From Naegleria gruberi (Eukaryota): 64,000 nt of DNA. The translations under genes were made by a program, and so were the position numbers. The DNA is taken from assembly GCA_000004985.1 (NCBI GenBank), contig GG738922.1; one strand, written 5' to 3'. This document shows, piece by piece, positions 1 through 11,123 of this stretch. Position 1 is the first letter of the stretch, and each line of letters begins with the position of its first letter. Under the pieces are notes generated by a model that was given only the letters and a program-made list of their open reading frames with translations, had not been told where the DNA came from and searched no databases.

Positions 1-3000
1 TTGGGTCCTGATTTGTGTCAGTGTCCTTTAGGATATTTTGGTTTGAATTGCTCAATTCCTAAATGTTTCGGCTTACTGGGAAATGAAACTAATGTTTGTG
101 GAGCAAAGGGTTCTTGCATTGCTCCAGATAAGTGCTTGTGCCAATCTGATATTCTTGGAGATGTTTGTAATGTTTTCAAATGTTTCAACAAACTTTCGAA
201 TGAAACTAATGTCTGTGGAGGAAATGGGTCATGCATTGGATTAGACAAATGTTTGTGCAAAGATGGATTTTTTGGTGAGCTATGTGATAAGGTGAAATGT
301 TTCGGCAAGCTTTCGAATGAAACTGGAGTGTGTGGTTTGGGTCAATGTATTGGAACTGATTTGTGTCAGTGTCCTTTAGGATACTTTGGTTTGAATTGTT
401 CAATTCCTAAATGTTTCGGCTTACTGGGAAATGACACTAATGTTTGTGGAGGAAACGGTTCGTGTATTTCTCCTGATCAGTGTTTATGTAAAAGTGGCTT
501 ATTTGGAGATTTATGTGATAAGGTGAAGTGTTTCGGCAAGCTTTCGAATGAATCAGGTGTCTGTGGTTTCGGTCAATGTATTGGAACTGACCTATGTCAA
601 TGCTTACCTGGATACAGCGGAGAGAAATGTAATTTATTCAAATGTTTCAACAAATTCATGAACGATACCAATGTCTGCAACTTGGGAACTTGTTTGGGTC
701 CTGATGTGTGTCAATGTCCATTGAATAAGTTTGGTCTTGATTGTTCCCTTTCGAATTGTTTCGGCATTCTCTCAAACGAAACCAATGTTTGTGGAGGAAA
801 GGGCATTTGTACAGGACTAGATCAATGTCTATGTCAACCAGATGCCTTAGGTCCAGTTTGTAATGTTTTCAAGTGTTTCGGCCATTTATCCAACGAAACT
901 AATGTATGTGGTTTCGGCCAATGTGTAGGAGCTGATATCTGTAGCTGTTTACCAGGTTATGGTGGTGAAAGATGTGACATTCTCAAATGTGGCAATTTCC
1001 TAGCAAACGAAACTGGTGTCTGTAATGGATTAGGTTTATGTACTCAACCTGGAAAGTGTCTCTGTAATCAAGTTGGTGTTTTGGGAGATTTATGTAATGT
1101 ATTCGATTGTTTTGGAAAGTTATCGAATCAATCAGGAGTTTGTGGTTTAGGTTCATGTATTTTACCAAATATTTGTAATTGTCCACTTGATGTATTTGGT
1201 TTCGAATGCAATGACTTTAAATGTGGTTTATTATGGAAAAACGAAAGTTCTGTATGTAATTCGAAAGGTTCATGTATTGGCCCTAATTTGTGTCAATGTT
1301 TGAATGGATATGGTGGTCAATTCTGCCAAGATTTTTCATGTTTTGGAAAAGTAGCTGGTGCTTGTTCCAATCAAGGTCAATGTATTGGACCTAATCAATG
1401 TCTTTGTAATGACAATTACTTTGGAAGTTTTTGTAACATTACAACATGTTTTACAAAATGGTCAAATTCAAGTAATCCTGCAGAGGTTTGTTCTGGAAGA
1501 GGACAATGTGTTGGTCTTGATTTATGTCAATGTATTGATGGGTTTGATGGACAAAATTGTCAGGTTGATTTGAGAATGTTTGGAGTTCAATTGAATTCTT
1601 CACAAAATGTGAATGTCATGTGGAATGACAAGTCAGATGTCAATTTGGTATTTTCCACACTTCCTGAACTGATTATTGAGCCACCTGTGTCAAATCCTCG
1701 ATTGAGATTTGAAGTAACTTGTTTGACTAATTGTGTGGGTAAAGATTCCTTCCTAGTTTCATCCAGTGTCATTAACCAATTGACTGGTCAATTCAACGTC
1801 CAGCTCAATACTTCCTTCTTGTTAGATTTGGGACTTCCAAACTTCCAATTCAAAGTTAAAGCATATTATGCTAACAATGCTCCATACGCCGAAAGATTTT
1901 CCAATTATCTCTACTTTAACATCAATGTTTCAGGAGGTTTACAAAAGATGAGATCTTTGGGAATTCCACAATATTTCATCAAGTCAAGTTTCCAATCAAC
2001 TGAGATAATTAACATTGATTCGACGATATTCGGCATGTATTTGGATAGAATTACTTATTACAACTTGGTCAAAAGTGTTTGCTCTTGGGGTTCTTGTTTA
2101 ACTCCTAGTCAACCGTTGAAGTTTAGTTTCATAGTTGATGAGGAAAAGACAAATTCAACATTTTCCAATATTTTAAATCAATCTGGTGATTTAATCATCA
2201 ATTCTCTTTCTCCAATAATTAATAATGATGGATTCACTCTTGTTGAAATTACTTTCCATAAGAGAAATATTGAACTTTCCAGAGATTTGACTCTTTATCA
2301 GGAAACTAAACAATTTAATCTTGGATTGAATATTTCCAATACAGATGGAATGAATCTAGATAGTTGGTTCATATCCATTCCAGTTTATTCCTTTTCAATT
2401 CCGACAAGTCCGTTATTCCAAGTTTCTCCATCAAGTGGTTTGGCATTGGATGTAGAATTTGATATTCAAATTAAACCTTGGTCAGTACCATCAGGATCTG
2501 GTATTCAATTGCAATATGCTATTGGATTTAGAGATGGATTGACAAGTGTCAGATTGTCAGAGTTCAGTACAAATACTTCACTTGACACTTACTTGCCATT
2601 CATTAGGCAAACTGAATCCAAGCAATCAACATTAGCTATGGTTCTGTTTGTTAAAGATTCTATTGGAAATGTCAGAACATTTACCGAAATTTCACAACAA
2701 GTTTCCATTACTGCCTTTAATGGAAATATTGAACAATTATTGGAAAAACTGAATACCATTGATGTTGCTTCCTATGATGAATCTTTCTCCTTCTTTAGTT
2801 CCATTTCAGATAAGAGAGAATTTATTAAGGGAGTTTTGAATAACGGACTTGAAATTGATACAACGTATCCTTCGTCTAGTTTAGTCAGATTGAGAAAACT
2901 TTCTCAAAATCAAACTCTATTGGATGAAGGAATAGTTTCATCTGTTTCCAAGAAAGTTGAATCGTTTGTTAATTCAACAAGTTTGAGTTATTTGAATGAA

Positions 3001-5457
3001 AAGAAATTATTGGGAAGAGTTCTAAACAAATTGTCAAGTGACAATTTGAATTCAACCTTGACAGTTACATCAAATATTTTGTCAAGCAAGTTGAATTATA
3101 AGAAATCAATTCAAGTTACAGAAGAATTATCAAGTATGGTACTTTTGGGTGAGGAAGCTATTTCAGTTTCGAATAATGCATCTTTACCAATTGTGGAATA
3201 TTCTCTTCCATCATTTACAATTTCAGTTTCAAGCTTTAGATTGGAATCAAAATCCAATTCAACAACTTCCTTCTCATTCCAAAATAGTATTTCACTCAAT
3301 TTGAATGATATTTTAACCTCTTACAATGGATTTACAAAAGATTCAGGTGTTTCTCTACTTGTTTACAATGATAATCCAGTTTCTGAGGAAAATTCCACTC
3401 AAAGTTCTCACATTAAGAACTTTAAATTCTTTATCGATAACTCTTTAACCATTTTACAAAATTTGAAAGAACCAATCGTCTTGTCTTTCCCAATTTTGGT
3501 AACCAACACTACAGGTTTCAACTTTTCATGCAAATATCTGGATGAAGTTGCCAATTTATGGAAATCTGATGGTTGCTCTTTGATTGGATCTGATTCATCC
3601 AATGCCTATTGTGCATGTACTCACACAACCATGTTTTCTACATTTTTGGAAAGAACCACAACCACAACAATTACACCAGGAAAACCACTCGATAGTAATA
3701 CTGCTCTCCTGTTAGCTCAAATTGCCTTTGGTGTTGTATTTTCCATAATTTCACTTGTTGGTCTTGTTTTCATTTCGATTAATAGAAACAAGCAACCAAT
3801 TAAGAGTAGATTTGTAACTCCATATTTGGGATTGAGTGCCTTGTTGATTGAATGTGTTTTGGCGTTTATTGTGCAGAGAAGTGTCTTGGTTGCTAACTTG
3901 TACGAAACTGATTCGAATGCCAAGAAGAATAATGATTATGCAGCAAACATTTTGGCTAATATTGTTACAATTATTGTAAACACGATCAACCTGACAGCAA
4001 TTTTGAGCTATTTGATCCAAGTAAGCAGATTCCAAATATTGAAATACCTCTACCATATTATGAGATCTCGTTCTGATCAGGAAATGGCAAAACAAATCAA
4101 GCATGTGAGAAGAATTTCATCCAACAAATTATTTGCAACAATTCTCTCAATCTTTGCCGTATTGAATGTTATTTATTGGACAGTGCTAGTTATTTTGTTA
4201 AGAACTGGAGTGTTGACTGCTGAAATTTACACCTACATTGTCTCAATTTCCTATTCTGCAATTATCATTCTTTTAGGAATTTGCATTAGTTCAGTAATTT
4301 TATTTGATGGAATTTCCTACATGTCCATTGAAAAGAAGAGAAGAAATTTGATCGATGCAGCAATGAGTAGAATTATGGGAAATTTGGGTTCAGAAAATGG
4401 TCAAAAAACCACCAGAGAATTCTTCCTTGTTAGACTAAAGAATTGGTTCACTAGTTTGGATGGTCCACTCTACTTTAGAGCTGAAATGATTTGTTTCTTG
4501 ATTAGTTTCTTCTTCCTTTTGGCTAATCAAATTATTGGATTGTCAACACTTTCACTCAGAAATCTTTCGAATAGTTCACAGACAGCTATTACCAATATTT
4601 CCATTGATACTTCTTTAATTGTCACAGATTCCTTAATATTTGCCTTTGAAATTTTATATGCCATTTGGTATGTGTTAGTGTTTGGAGGTTTGGCTTCCTT
4701 TATTTTCACCAAGATGAATATTCGTGCTCTATTGGAAGGCAAACTAAACTCCAAGAAGAAACAAAATCAAGGAAATCAGGTTGCTCTTGAGGAGTCTTCA
4801 GAATTGGGAGAAGATATGAAACGTGTCTTTGACGACCAAGATGGATACAACTTGTTTGAAGTGTATTGTATTAAGGAAATGGCCTCGGAGAATTTATATC
4901 TCTTCAAGGAATTACAATCTTCAGTCAGCTTAACCAGATCAGCAACCATTTCAGTACCAGACTTGTATGATCTCTTAACCAATGTCAGGAAAGTTTATAT
5001 TGCTTCTGGAGCCACTTGCGAAGTTAATATTTCTGCAAAATGTAGAAAGGAATTTGAAGCATTCTATTTTAGAGTTGAAAGAATGAAGAAATCAGAAATT
5101 CATGAAATTTTCAACTCAAATTCTTCAACTCCTCCAAAATCTGCAAACAATAAGAAGTATGTTCTCACATCATGGATCCACAAATCTCCAAGAGAAACTC
5201 ATCATTCCATAAGTTCAGAAACTGCTCTTGTTAATGGTCCTCCATCACCAAAGAGTACTGACTCAATTGATACACTCAAGGAAGGTGAGATGTTGACAAG
5301 TAGACAAGTGACTGAAGGTATTGAAACATTGAAACAGGAGGTGATTATTAATCTTGGAGATACCTTCTCTCGTTTCATTTTCACAAAGGAGTATAAGTTG
5401 CTTCAACAAACTTCCTTACAAAAAACTCAATTATTAGAAACAACAAACTTGGTTTAA
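1..5457 (+). CDS. Giant adhesion-GPCR-like receptor, 5'-partial (ORF runs off the window start): tandem tenascin-type EGF modules, long N-glycosylated ectodomain, GAIN/GPS motif, 7TM, C-terminal RGS domain
   Basis: EGF modules of form C-x-C-x(5)-G-x(2)-C repeat about 40 times (nt 1-1560). GPS motif 'CKYLDEVANLWKSDGC...CACTHTTMFSTF' lies at about nt 3520-3650. Seven hydrophobic helices span about nt 3700-4730. RGS box 'LFEVYCIKEMASENLYLFKEL...EVNISAKCRKE' lies at about nt 4850-5080. Stop at 5455-5457. Confidence 0.7.
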   Translation: MGPDLCQCPLGYFGLNCSIPKCFGLLGNETNVCGAKGSCIAPDKCLCQSDILGDVCNVFKCFNKLSNETNVCGGNGSCIGLDKCLCKDGFFGELCDKVKCFGKLSNETGVCGLGQCIGTDLCQCPLGYFGLNCSIPKCFGLLGNDTNVCGGNGSCISPDQCLCKSGLFGDLCDKVKCFGKLSNESGVCGFGQCIGTDLCQCLPGYSGEKCNLFKCFNKFMNDTNVCNLGTCLGPDVCQCPLNKFGLDCSLSNCFGILSNETNVCGGKGICTGLDQCLCQPDALGPVCNVFKCFGHLSNETNVCGFGQCVGADICSCLPGYGGERCDILKCGNFLANETGVCNGLGLCTQPGKCLCNQVGVLGDLCNVFDCFGKLSNQSGVCGLGSCILPNICNCPLDVFGFECNDFKCGLLWKNESSVCNSKGSCIGPNLCQCLNGYGGQFCQDFSCFGKVAGACSNQGQCIGPNQCLCNDNYFGSFCNITTCFTKWSNSSNPAEVCSGRGQCVGLDLCQCIDGFDGQNCQVDLRMFGVQLNSSQNVNVMWNDKSDVNLVFSTLPELIIEPPVSNPRLRFEVTCLTNCVGKDSFLVSSSVINQLTGQFNVQLNTSFLLDLGLPNFQFKVKAYYANNAPYAERFSNYLYFNINVSGGLQKMRSLGIPQYFIKSSFQSTEIINIDSTIFGMYLDRITYYNLVKSVCSWGSCLTPSQPLKFSFIVDEEKTNSTFSNILNQSGDLIINSLSPIINNDGFTLVEITFHKRNIELSRDLTLYQETKQFNLGLNISNTDGMNLDSWFISIPVYSFSIPTSPLFQVSPSSGLALDVEFDIQIKPWSVPSGSGIQLQYAIGFRDGLTSVRLSEFSTNTSLDTYLPFIRQTESKQSTLAMVLFVKDSIGNVRTFTEISQQVSITAFNGNIEQLLEKLNTIDVASYDESFSFFSSISDKREFIKGVLNNGLEIDTTYPSSSLVRLRKLSQNQTLLDEGIVSSVSKKVESFVNSTSLSYLNEKKLLGRVLNKLSSDNLNSTLTVTSNILSSKLNYKKSIQVTEELSSMVLLGEEAISVSNNASLPIVEYSLPSFTISVSSFRLESKSNSTTSFSFQNSISLNLNDILTSYNGFTKDSGVSLLVYNDNPVSEENSTQSSHIKNFKFFIDNSLTILQNLKEPIVLSFPILVTNTTGFNFSCKYLDEVANLWKSDGCSLIGSDSSNAYCACTHTTMFSTFLERTTTTTITPGKPLDSNTALLLAQIAFGVVFSIISLVGLVFISINRNKQPIKSRFVTPYLGLSALLIECVLAFIVQRSVLVANLYETDSNAKKNNDYAANILANIVTIIVNTINLTAILSYLIQVSRFQILKYLYHIMRSRSDQEMAKQIKHVRRISSNKLFATILSIFAVLNVIYWTVLVILLRTGVLTAEIYTYIVSISYSAIIILLGICISSVILFDGISYMSIEKKRRNLIDAAMSRIMGNLGSENGQKTTREFFLVRLKNWFTSLDGPLYFRAEMICFLISFFFLLANQIIGLSTLSLRNLSNSSQTAITNISIDTSLIVTDSLIFAFEILYAIWYVLVFGGLASFIFTKMNIRALLEGKLNSKKKQNQGNQVALEESSELGEDMKRVFDDQDGYNLFEVYCIKEMASENLYLFKELQSSVSLTRSATISVPDLYDLLTNVRKVYIASGATCEVNISAKCRKEFEAFYFRVERMKKSEIHEIFNSNSSTPPKSANNKKYVLTSWIHKSPRETHHSISSETALVNGPPSPKSTDSIDTLKEGEMLTSRQVTEGIETLKQEVIINLGDTFSRFIFTKEYKLLQQTSLQKTQLLETTNLV

Positions 5458-5499
5458 ATACCAAATATACGAATAATAAATAATTACAATATTTACAAG

Positions 5500-6726
5500 T
5501 TAGTCTCTCAAACGTTTTACATTCTCGTGGAACCATTCCAAATCTAATGAATTGATTGAAGTTTTCCAAACATCTGCCCAATCCTCTCCAGTTAACATAT
5601 CACTAATTTCAATTTTCAAATTAAATAGAGAATCAAAGCTAAAGCTTTCAGATCCAAGAATGTCAAAACTTCTAACCACGCCATCATAGATGAGGTTTTT
5701 GTGATTTTGATCCAGCACTATACCAGTTATGGACTCCAAGTATTTAGCCAGACTATCAATGTGAGTGTATTCCCCAGCACTGATTGCTTTTTTGAAAATT
5801 CCAACTCTTTCCAAATAATTATCTCTATATTCTTGTCCTGAAATTACTGGGAATAGAGTTTGATCGATACAGACCAGTGATTTGTGAGTTTTAGAGAAGA
5901 GAACATTACCAGCATTTCCAGTATGTTCCCAAACATCCTTCAATGGAATTCTGTCACAATTATTACATAATAAATCCAAAACAAGCATTCTTCCTAATTC
6001 TTTCAATACAGTCTCCGAAGTTAACAATTCTCTTGAGAGCTCTGGTTGACCCATCAAATCCTCCAAAGTAATAGCTCCTTCCACAAATTCCATTATTAAA
6101 AAGAAAGCTCTATCTAATTGTTTGTTCACTTTCATTTCAATAATTTGATGATTTTTTTCCTTTGCAATTCTAACCATATTATCTTTCATAGCCCACCATT
6201 CTCTATCTGAGTATGAAAATAGCTTGGACTTGTCTCGTTTCGGGCAATATTCAACTAATCTTGTTGCAGGAGCTTTCAATTCCAACAATTGTGCAATTCT
6301 AGATCCAAAAATCTCTGCTGCAATTGATGAGGTTGCCTTAACCACAATAACCTTTCCAGATTCCTGTGTTTCCACAAAGAAAACTCCACTCGAAGTATTT
6401 TCACTAATTCCAATATTCCTTACACTATTCCAATCAATTTTCTCATCTAATGGCCAAGCCTTAGCATTTGCCATATCAATTTTTTCCTCAGTTTCAACAG
6501 TCCACTTTTTCTTGACCCTTCCCGATGCTGGTGGTTGTTGAATTATATGATTACCTCCTGGAGGAGGTGGAGGAACAGAAACACTCGAAGGTGGAGGAGG
6601 TGGTGGAACATTCTTCCTATTTATACAAGCAGCAATCATCGATGACGATGGAGGAAGAGGAACAGTCGATCCCGAAGGTGGTGGTGGAACATTGGTAGGT
6701 TCGTTTGGAGGTGGTGGCGGAATCAT
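5500..6726 (-). CDS. Pro-rich N-terminus followed by an atypical protein-kinase-like domain; function uncertain
   Basis: The 409-codon ORF begins at TTG; the first ATG is 6726..6724 (MIPPPPP...). It has PPPPP runs and a kinase-like core: 'GVFFVE...KVIVVK', 'LIMEFVEG', 'CDRIP...NAGNVLF', 'LVCIDQ'. Confidence 0.45.
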   Translation of the reverse strand: MIPPPPPNEPTNVPPPPSGSTVPLPPSSSMIAACINRKNVPPPPPPSSVSVPPPPPGGNHIIQQPPASGRVKKKWTVETEEKIDMANAKAWPLDEKIDWNSVRNIGISENTSSGVFFVETQESGKVIVVKATSSIAAEIFGSRIAQLLELKAPATRLVEYCPKRDKSKLFSYSDREWWAMKDNMVRIAKEKNHQIIEMKVNKQLDRAFFLIMEFVEGAITLEDLMGQPELSRELLTSETVLKELGRMLVLDLLCNNCDRIPLKDVWEHTGNAGNVLFSKTHKSLVCIDQTLFPVISGQEYRDNYLERVGIFKKAISAGEYTHIDSLAKYLESITGIVLDQNHKNLIYDGVVRSFDILGSESFSFDSLFNLKIEISDMLTGEDWADVWKTSINSLDLEWFHENVKRLRD

Positions 6727-6925
6727 CAAGTATTTATATTCTTATTTTTTTTAATATTTGTTATTTAATTTTGGATGAACTTGGCAAATATTTGTAAATT
6801 ACTATCATGTTCCAAGTTCTTTCTAACACGAATTGGCTCACCTTTATAATTTGGTGTTCTTATTAATTTTTTGTTCAATAAGCATTGAGGTGTATCGATC
6901 TTTCTTGGAGGTGCAATTTCAAATT

Positions 6926-9523
6926 ATGAAATGTTGCAGAAAGTTTACAAAAAAAATGAGAGAAGTGGGGCTGGCAAATCTTCCTTCAGAAATTCATCAC
7001 GAAATTTTATCGTGGCTTGATTATGTTCGGGATATTTGTGCTCATCCCTTGTTATTCGTTCCTAATTATCCAAGAATATCATCGAGTGAAGAATTGGAAA
7101 AATTGATGGATTCTGATGAATATTTAGAATTTGATCTTCCGAGTCGTCCTCTCTTTCTTGTATGCAAATCTTTTTTAGAGTCTTTTAAGAGTTACAAGCC
7201 ATCAGTAATTAATATAACTTATTTTGAAACAAGCAATGAAGCCTATCGTTCAATGTTTACTCTGGATTTGAAATATTCTTATAAGATTGTAAGATATCCT
7301 TGGGTTGAGTTGCCCAAAGCTAGAATGCACAAATATTGGAAACAAGATTCAATGGAAGTATTCTTTGATTTTTCAAAGAAGATGAAGAGATTGTGTAGAT
7401 GTAATCCCTTTAATCGAGTAGAGCTGGTGTCATTTTCCAAACATTTTGGTAAAAACTATTACATTGATTGTTTGGGTATTGGATTTACAATGAGTTTGCC
7501 TAAATTAAGGCGTATAATGCCGAGCGTAAAATATTATCACACAAATTTTAGAACAGGAATGAAACCTGTCATGTTAAGTAATGAATTCATGACTAATGTT
7601 TACGATAGTTTTCCTCATAAGCCACAACCAGCAAGAAATGAAAATGTTTTTTGGATATCTACCCAATATGAAAATCCAGCCAACAAGATTTCTATGGAAA
7701 GTTTTATTACTTCTTTACCTAAAATTTTCCTAAGAAACATTGAATTATTGCTATTTTGTTATATAGCTAATGGTAATGTAAACGATTGTAAGATGATTAT
7801 TGAAAATTTCCATTTTGATATAGATTATTTTTCTCACATATGGCATGAAAATATCTCTCAGAACCATATGTTCAAGTATGTCAGTATTTCAGTAACTACT
7901 GATATGCTCAAGTGCATTTATGAAAAGTATCCAAACTTTAAGATTTTCAAATTTCCTATTCATAGTGTAGCTTGTTTGAAAATTATTGAAAAACTTCCAT
8001 TTATACACATTAACGTAGCAAGGAACATAACAACCGAATTCATAGAATGCTCTCTTGAAAAGAATGACATTGCTTCGTTTTGTACACAGCACAGCATAGA
8101 CTTATCAGGGTTGGGAAAGTACAAATTTTCTGCTGCAAGTTTTGATAGAGATACTTTTCAGAAATGCAAGTTGGCATCCATTTCTCTCGACTTTAATATT
8201 GGAGATTTGATGGGTATTACACCATGCATGATTCATGTTGATGATTATTCCAAAGCTAAATGTAATATAGACACGCGAGACGTATACGGAAATAATATCT
8301 TACATTACTATCTTAGCAATAGCTATACTTATAATCGCTGGATGGATTCTCCTTATCACACAATTCCTTGTCTGTCTCATAACTCAGAAAAAGAATTGTC
8401 TAATTTATTAGATGAAGAAAATGTATTCGGTTTTACACCAAAAGAAATTGGCTTTTCAAAATGTTGTAATAGAGTATTTGAAAATTCTGAAAAGAAACTA
8501 TTCAATTATTACAATTTTGCTAGAACGTGTGTTGAGGATGCTAAATTGAGATTATTAGATGGACAACTGGTTGATTTAAGGATACTCTATGCCACAAGAA
8601 ATGAATTACTGAAAAATTGTAGTTATGATGAATTCAAAGACATTAATTACCGAGATGAAAACGGCAAGCATTTAGTTCACTACCTAAGTAATTGTTTGAC
8701 TAGTTTTTCTTCAAGTTTTCAATCCAAAATCAACAGTACCATAGTGGAAACAGTTCGAGAAGGATTAGGATTATCTTTGAAAGATATTGTATATTGCAAA
8801 GATATTAATGAAACAATGCCCATCCAAAAATGCTATTTACCATATTTTTCAATTCTTAAAGAATTGGCACCCTTAGGATTATTGAATATTAATTTCTTCT
8901 CCTACAGTGACAATTTTGGAATGTATAGATTTATGTATCTATTATTAAGTTATTCTAATTTGGACATCATTTTCAATGAATTGCATACAATTGCATTTGA
9001 TTATTCACAAAAGAAACCTCAACTTATATCCTTGTGCTGTGAATCCGATAATGAATTTTTTTACTTTTCATTAGAACAAAGTGATTTGACTCAGTTAACA
9101 AATGTATCTTATTTAGGATCTTGTTATGGAGATGATTTTTCCCATTGGATTATAAGATATTGCCTATTCATAATTGAAAATGATTATTATTATTACAATA
9201 GTCTTTTAGATTCTTTATTGCATTCACTTATCAAAAAAGGATTAAGGTTTGATGTGGTAAGAAATTGTTTTGGAAAAACTGCTTTCGACATTTTGAACGA
9301 GTATTCATGTGCCAAAACAGTAGAAAATTTCGAATCCATCAAAGAACTCAAAGATATTTGTAGAAAGGGTCTGCAAAACAACTCAAAAGCTTTACCACAT
9401 TTTATTCTCAAATATAACAAGTCTCAGAAACATTCAATCGTAGAAGAATCTGAAACTAAAATAATATCAACTGATTGTCCAAGAGTGAAAGTTGTAAGAG
9501 CACTCTACTTTCCAAAGCAGTAA
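6926..9523 (+). CDS. Hypothetical protein with N-terminal F-box-like motif and ankyrin-like repeats
   Basis: The ORF 6833..9523 starts at TTG; the first in-frame ATG is 6926. It has an 'LPSEIHHEILSWLD' F-box-like motif and 'YGNNILHYYLSN'/'ENGKHLVHYLSN' ankyrin-like turns. Confidence 0.5.
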   Translation: MKCCRKFTKKMREVGLANLPSEIHHEILSWLDYVRDICAHPLLFVPNYPRISSSEELEKLMDSDEYLEFDLPSRPLFLVCKSFLESFKSYKPSVINITYFETSNEAYRSMFTLDLKYSYKIVRYPWVELPKARMHKYWKQDSMEVFFDFSKKMKRLCRCNPFNRVELVSFSKHFGKNYYIDCLGIGFTMSLPKLRRIMPSVKYYHTNFRTGMKPVMLSNEFMTNVYDSFPHKPQPARNENVFWISTQYENPANKISMESFITSLPKIFLRNIELLLFCYIANGNVNDCKMIIENFHFDIDYFSHIWHENISQNHMFKYVSISVTTDMLKCIYEKYPNFKIFKFPIHSVACLKIIEKLPFIHINVARNITTEFIECSLEKNDIASFCTQHSIDLSGLGKYKFSAASFDRDTFQKCKLASISLDFNIGDLMGITPCMIHVDDYSKAKCNIDTRDVYGNNILHYYLSNSYTYNRWMDSPYHTIPCLSHNSEKELSNLLDEENVFGFTPKEIGFSKCCNRVFENSEKKLFNYYNFARTCVEDAKLRLLDGQLVDLRILYATRNELLKNCSYDEFKDINYRDENGKHLVHYLSNCLTSFSSSFQSKINSTIVETVREGLGLSLKDIVYCKDINETMPIQKCYLPYFSILKELAPLGLLNINFFSYSDNFGMYRFMYLLLSYSNLDIIFNELHTIAFDYSQKKPQLISLCCESDNEFFYFSLEQSDLTQLTNVSYLGSCYGDDFSHWIIRYCLFIIENDYYYYNSLLDSLLHSLIKKGLRFDVVRNCFGKTAFDILNEYSCAKTVENFESIKELKDICRKGLQNNSKALPHFILKYNKSQKHSIVEESETKIISTDCPRVKVVRALYFPKQ

Positions 9524-10231
9524 TTTAATTCAATTTGTATTAATATATAGAACAATTTATAGAAAATTAATTAACAAAGGGACAACCACTTGAAAACATT
9601 TCCCTCAATATTCAAACTACAACTACAAACATGCTGTCCTGTCAAATCATATGTAATACTTTCATAAATATTACCAGGAGATATGTGTTGAATAGGATGT
9701 AAGCATAACCAGGACCAACTGTTTCTGAAACCAATATTGGAGTTTAACACCGTATTGAGTATTAGCCACGTTCTCAGAACATTGTTGAATTGCTTCCATG
9801 TTGCATCTGCATCATGTCTGATAACTATGACTGTTGTAGTTCCGTAACGAAATTGTACCCACATGAATTTATATCCAACACTCACAATACTTTGGTCAAT
9901 AGCAATTGTACCACTCCCGATTCCAAAAGGATGATGTGGTTACATAGAAGATTTTGACGAATGAAACAATTGTATTATTTAATTTTCTATTGTAAAGCAT
10001 TTTGTAATAAAGTGCTCAGCAATGCTTGGTAATTTCCTTCTTCAGTTTCGTTCACACTTACCACATTCGCACTCCTACAATCTTCCATTAAGCAAACCAA
10101 CCCATCATTGACTGTTTTGCTTCCCATTACTTCATTATCCATTGAAAATGCATCCTCTGGTTGTCCAAATTACACACTTCTTCAATAGTTCCGTTGTGCA
10201 AAGTTGAATATTTGCTGAAAATTAAATAAAA

Positions 10232-11123
10232 ATGATGCAACCAACAAATCTATTGAAACCCATCTCGATAGTAGTGCTCATTGCTGCTTCCTTGCTGGTC
10301 TTGTGTGGAGTTTTCTTTTCTGTTCTGACAACTTTGTAAGTTTTTGTTGAACATTTTCATTTTGGACTTAATCCGAAAAAACAATGTTATTATTCGTTCA
10401 CTTTTTTGTGTTCACAATTTTCATCAAATCACCATCTACAATGATGACAATGAAAATCACACAATACATTCGGAATTTTAATAATATTTAATTAAATTCA
10501 AAAAAAGAGATGTCGATGAACATCCCTATAATATAGCCAATAATTGTACCATTATTCATCCGACATTGTCATGTAAACAAGTGACCAATGTTGGGGATAC
10601 CTGTTCGGCACTTGTTTGTTTATGGAATGTTAATGGTACTGTTGCTAACAATGTTTCGTCCACTTCTGAGGTTGTGGTATCAGTTGGAGAAATTCAATGT
10701 CCAAAGTCTAATTTGAGAACTGTTTTGGATTTTCCAAATGTTGATCCATATATTTCCTATTCATCAGGTGATAATGTCACTTGTTATACGAGTGATAATA
10801 ATTCGTACTTTGTTTCGTATTTAGTTTATTATAAGTCAAATGGAGCTCCTTGGATGGTACTTTCTGGATTGAGTTGGGGAGCACTTGTTGGAATAATTGG
10901 ACCAATTACAATTGTTGTCATAGTTTATTGGATTATGATTAGTTTTGGTGTGATAAAGAAGGATGTTTTCGTACAACAATTCGATAGCATTACTGAATCA
11001 AAACCAATTTCAAAACAACAATCAAATAATCATCATCACAATGGTCACATTCATTCCAAGAAATATGAAGGAGCTACTTATGAAGAAGAGCAAGATGAAG
11101 ACGAAGTTGTCATTCAAATTTAA
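10232..11123 (+). CDS. Hypothetical type-I membrane glycoprotein; proposed 2-exon model join(10232..10335,10508..11123)
   Basis: The ORF body 10566..11123 has no in-frame ATG (its listed start is TTG). It has N-glycosylation sites and a C-terminal TM helix 'WMVLSGLSWGALVGIIGPITIVVIVYWIMISF'. Upstream ATG 10232 encodes a 34-aa signal-peptide-like exon 'MMQPTNLLKPISIVVLIAASLLVLCGVFFSVLTT', ending at a GTAAGT donor (10336). An AG acceptor at 10506-10507 restores the frame. Confidence 0.35.

Noticed and set aside
9571-10200. Minus-strand ORF 9571..9885 and possible upstream exon with a GTAAGTGTGA donor
   Set aside because: There are no recognisable motifs, multiple stops in all frames upstream, and no coherent splice model. 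It is left unannotated.
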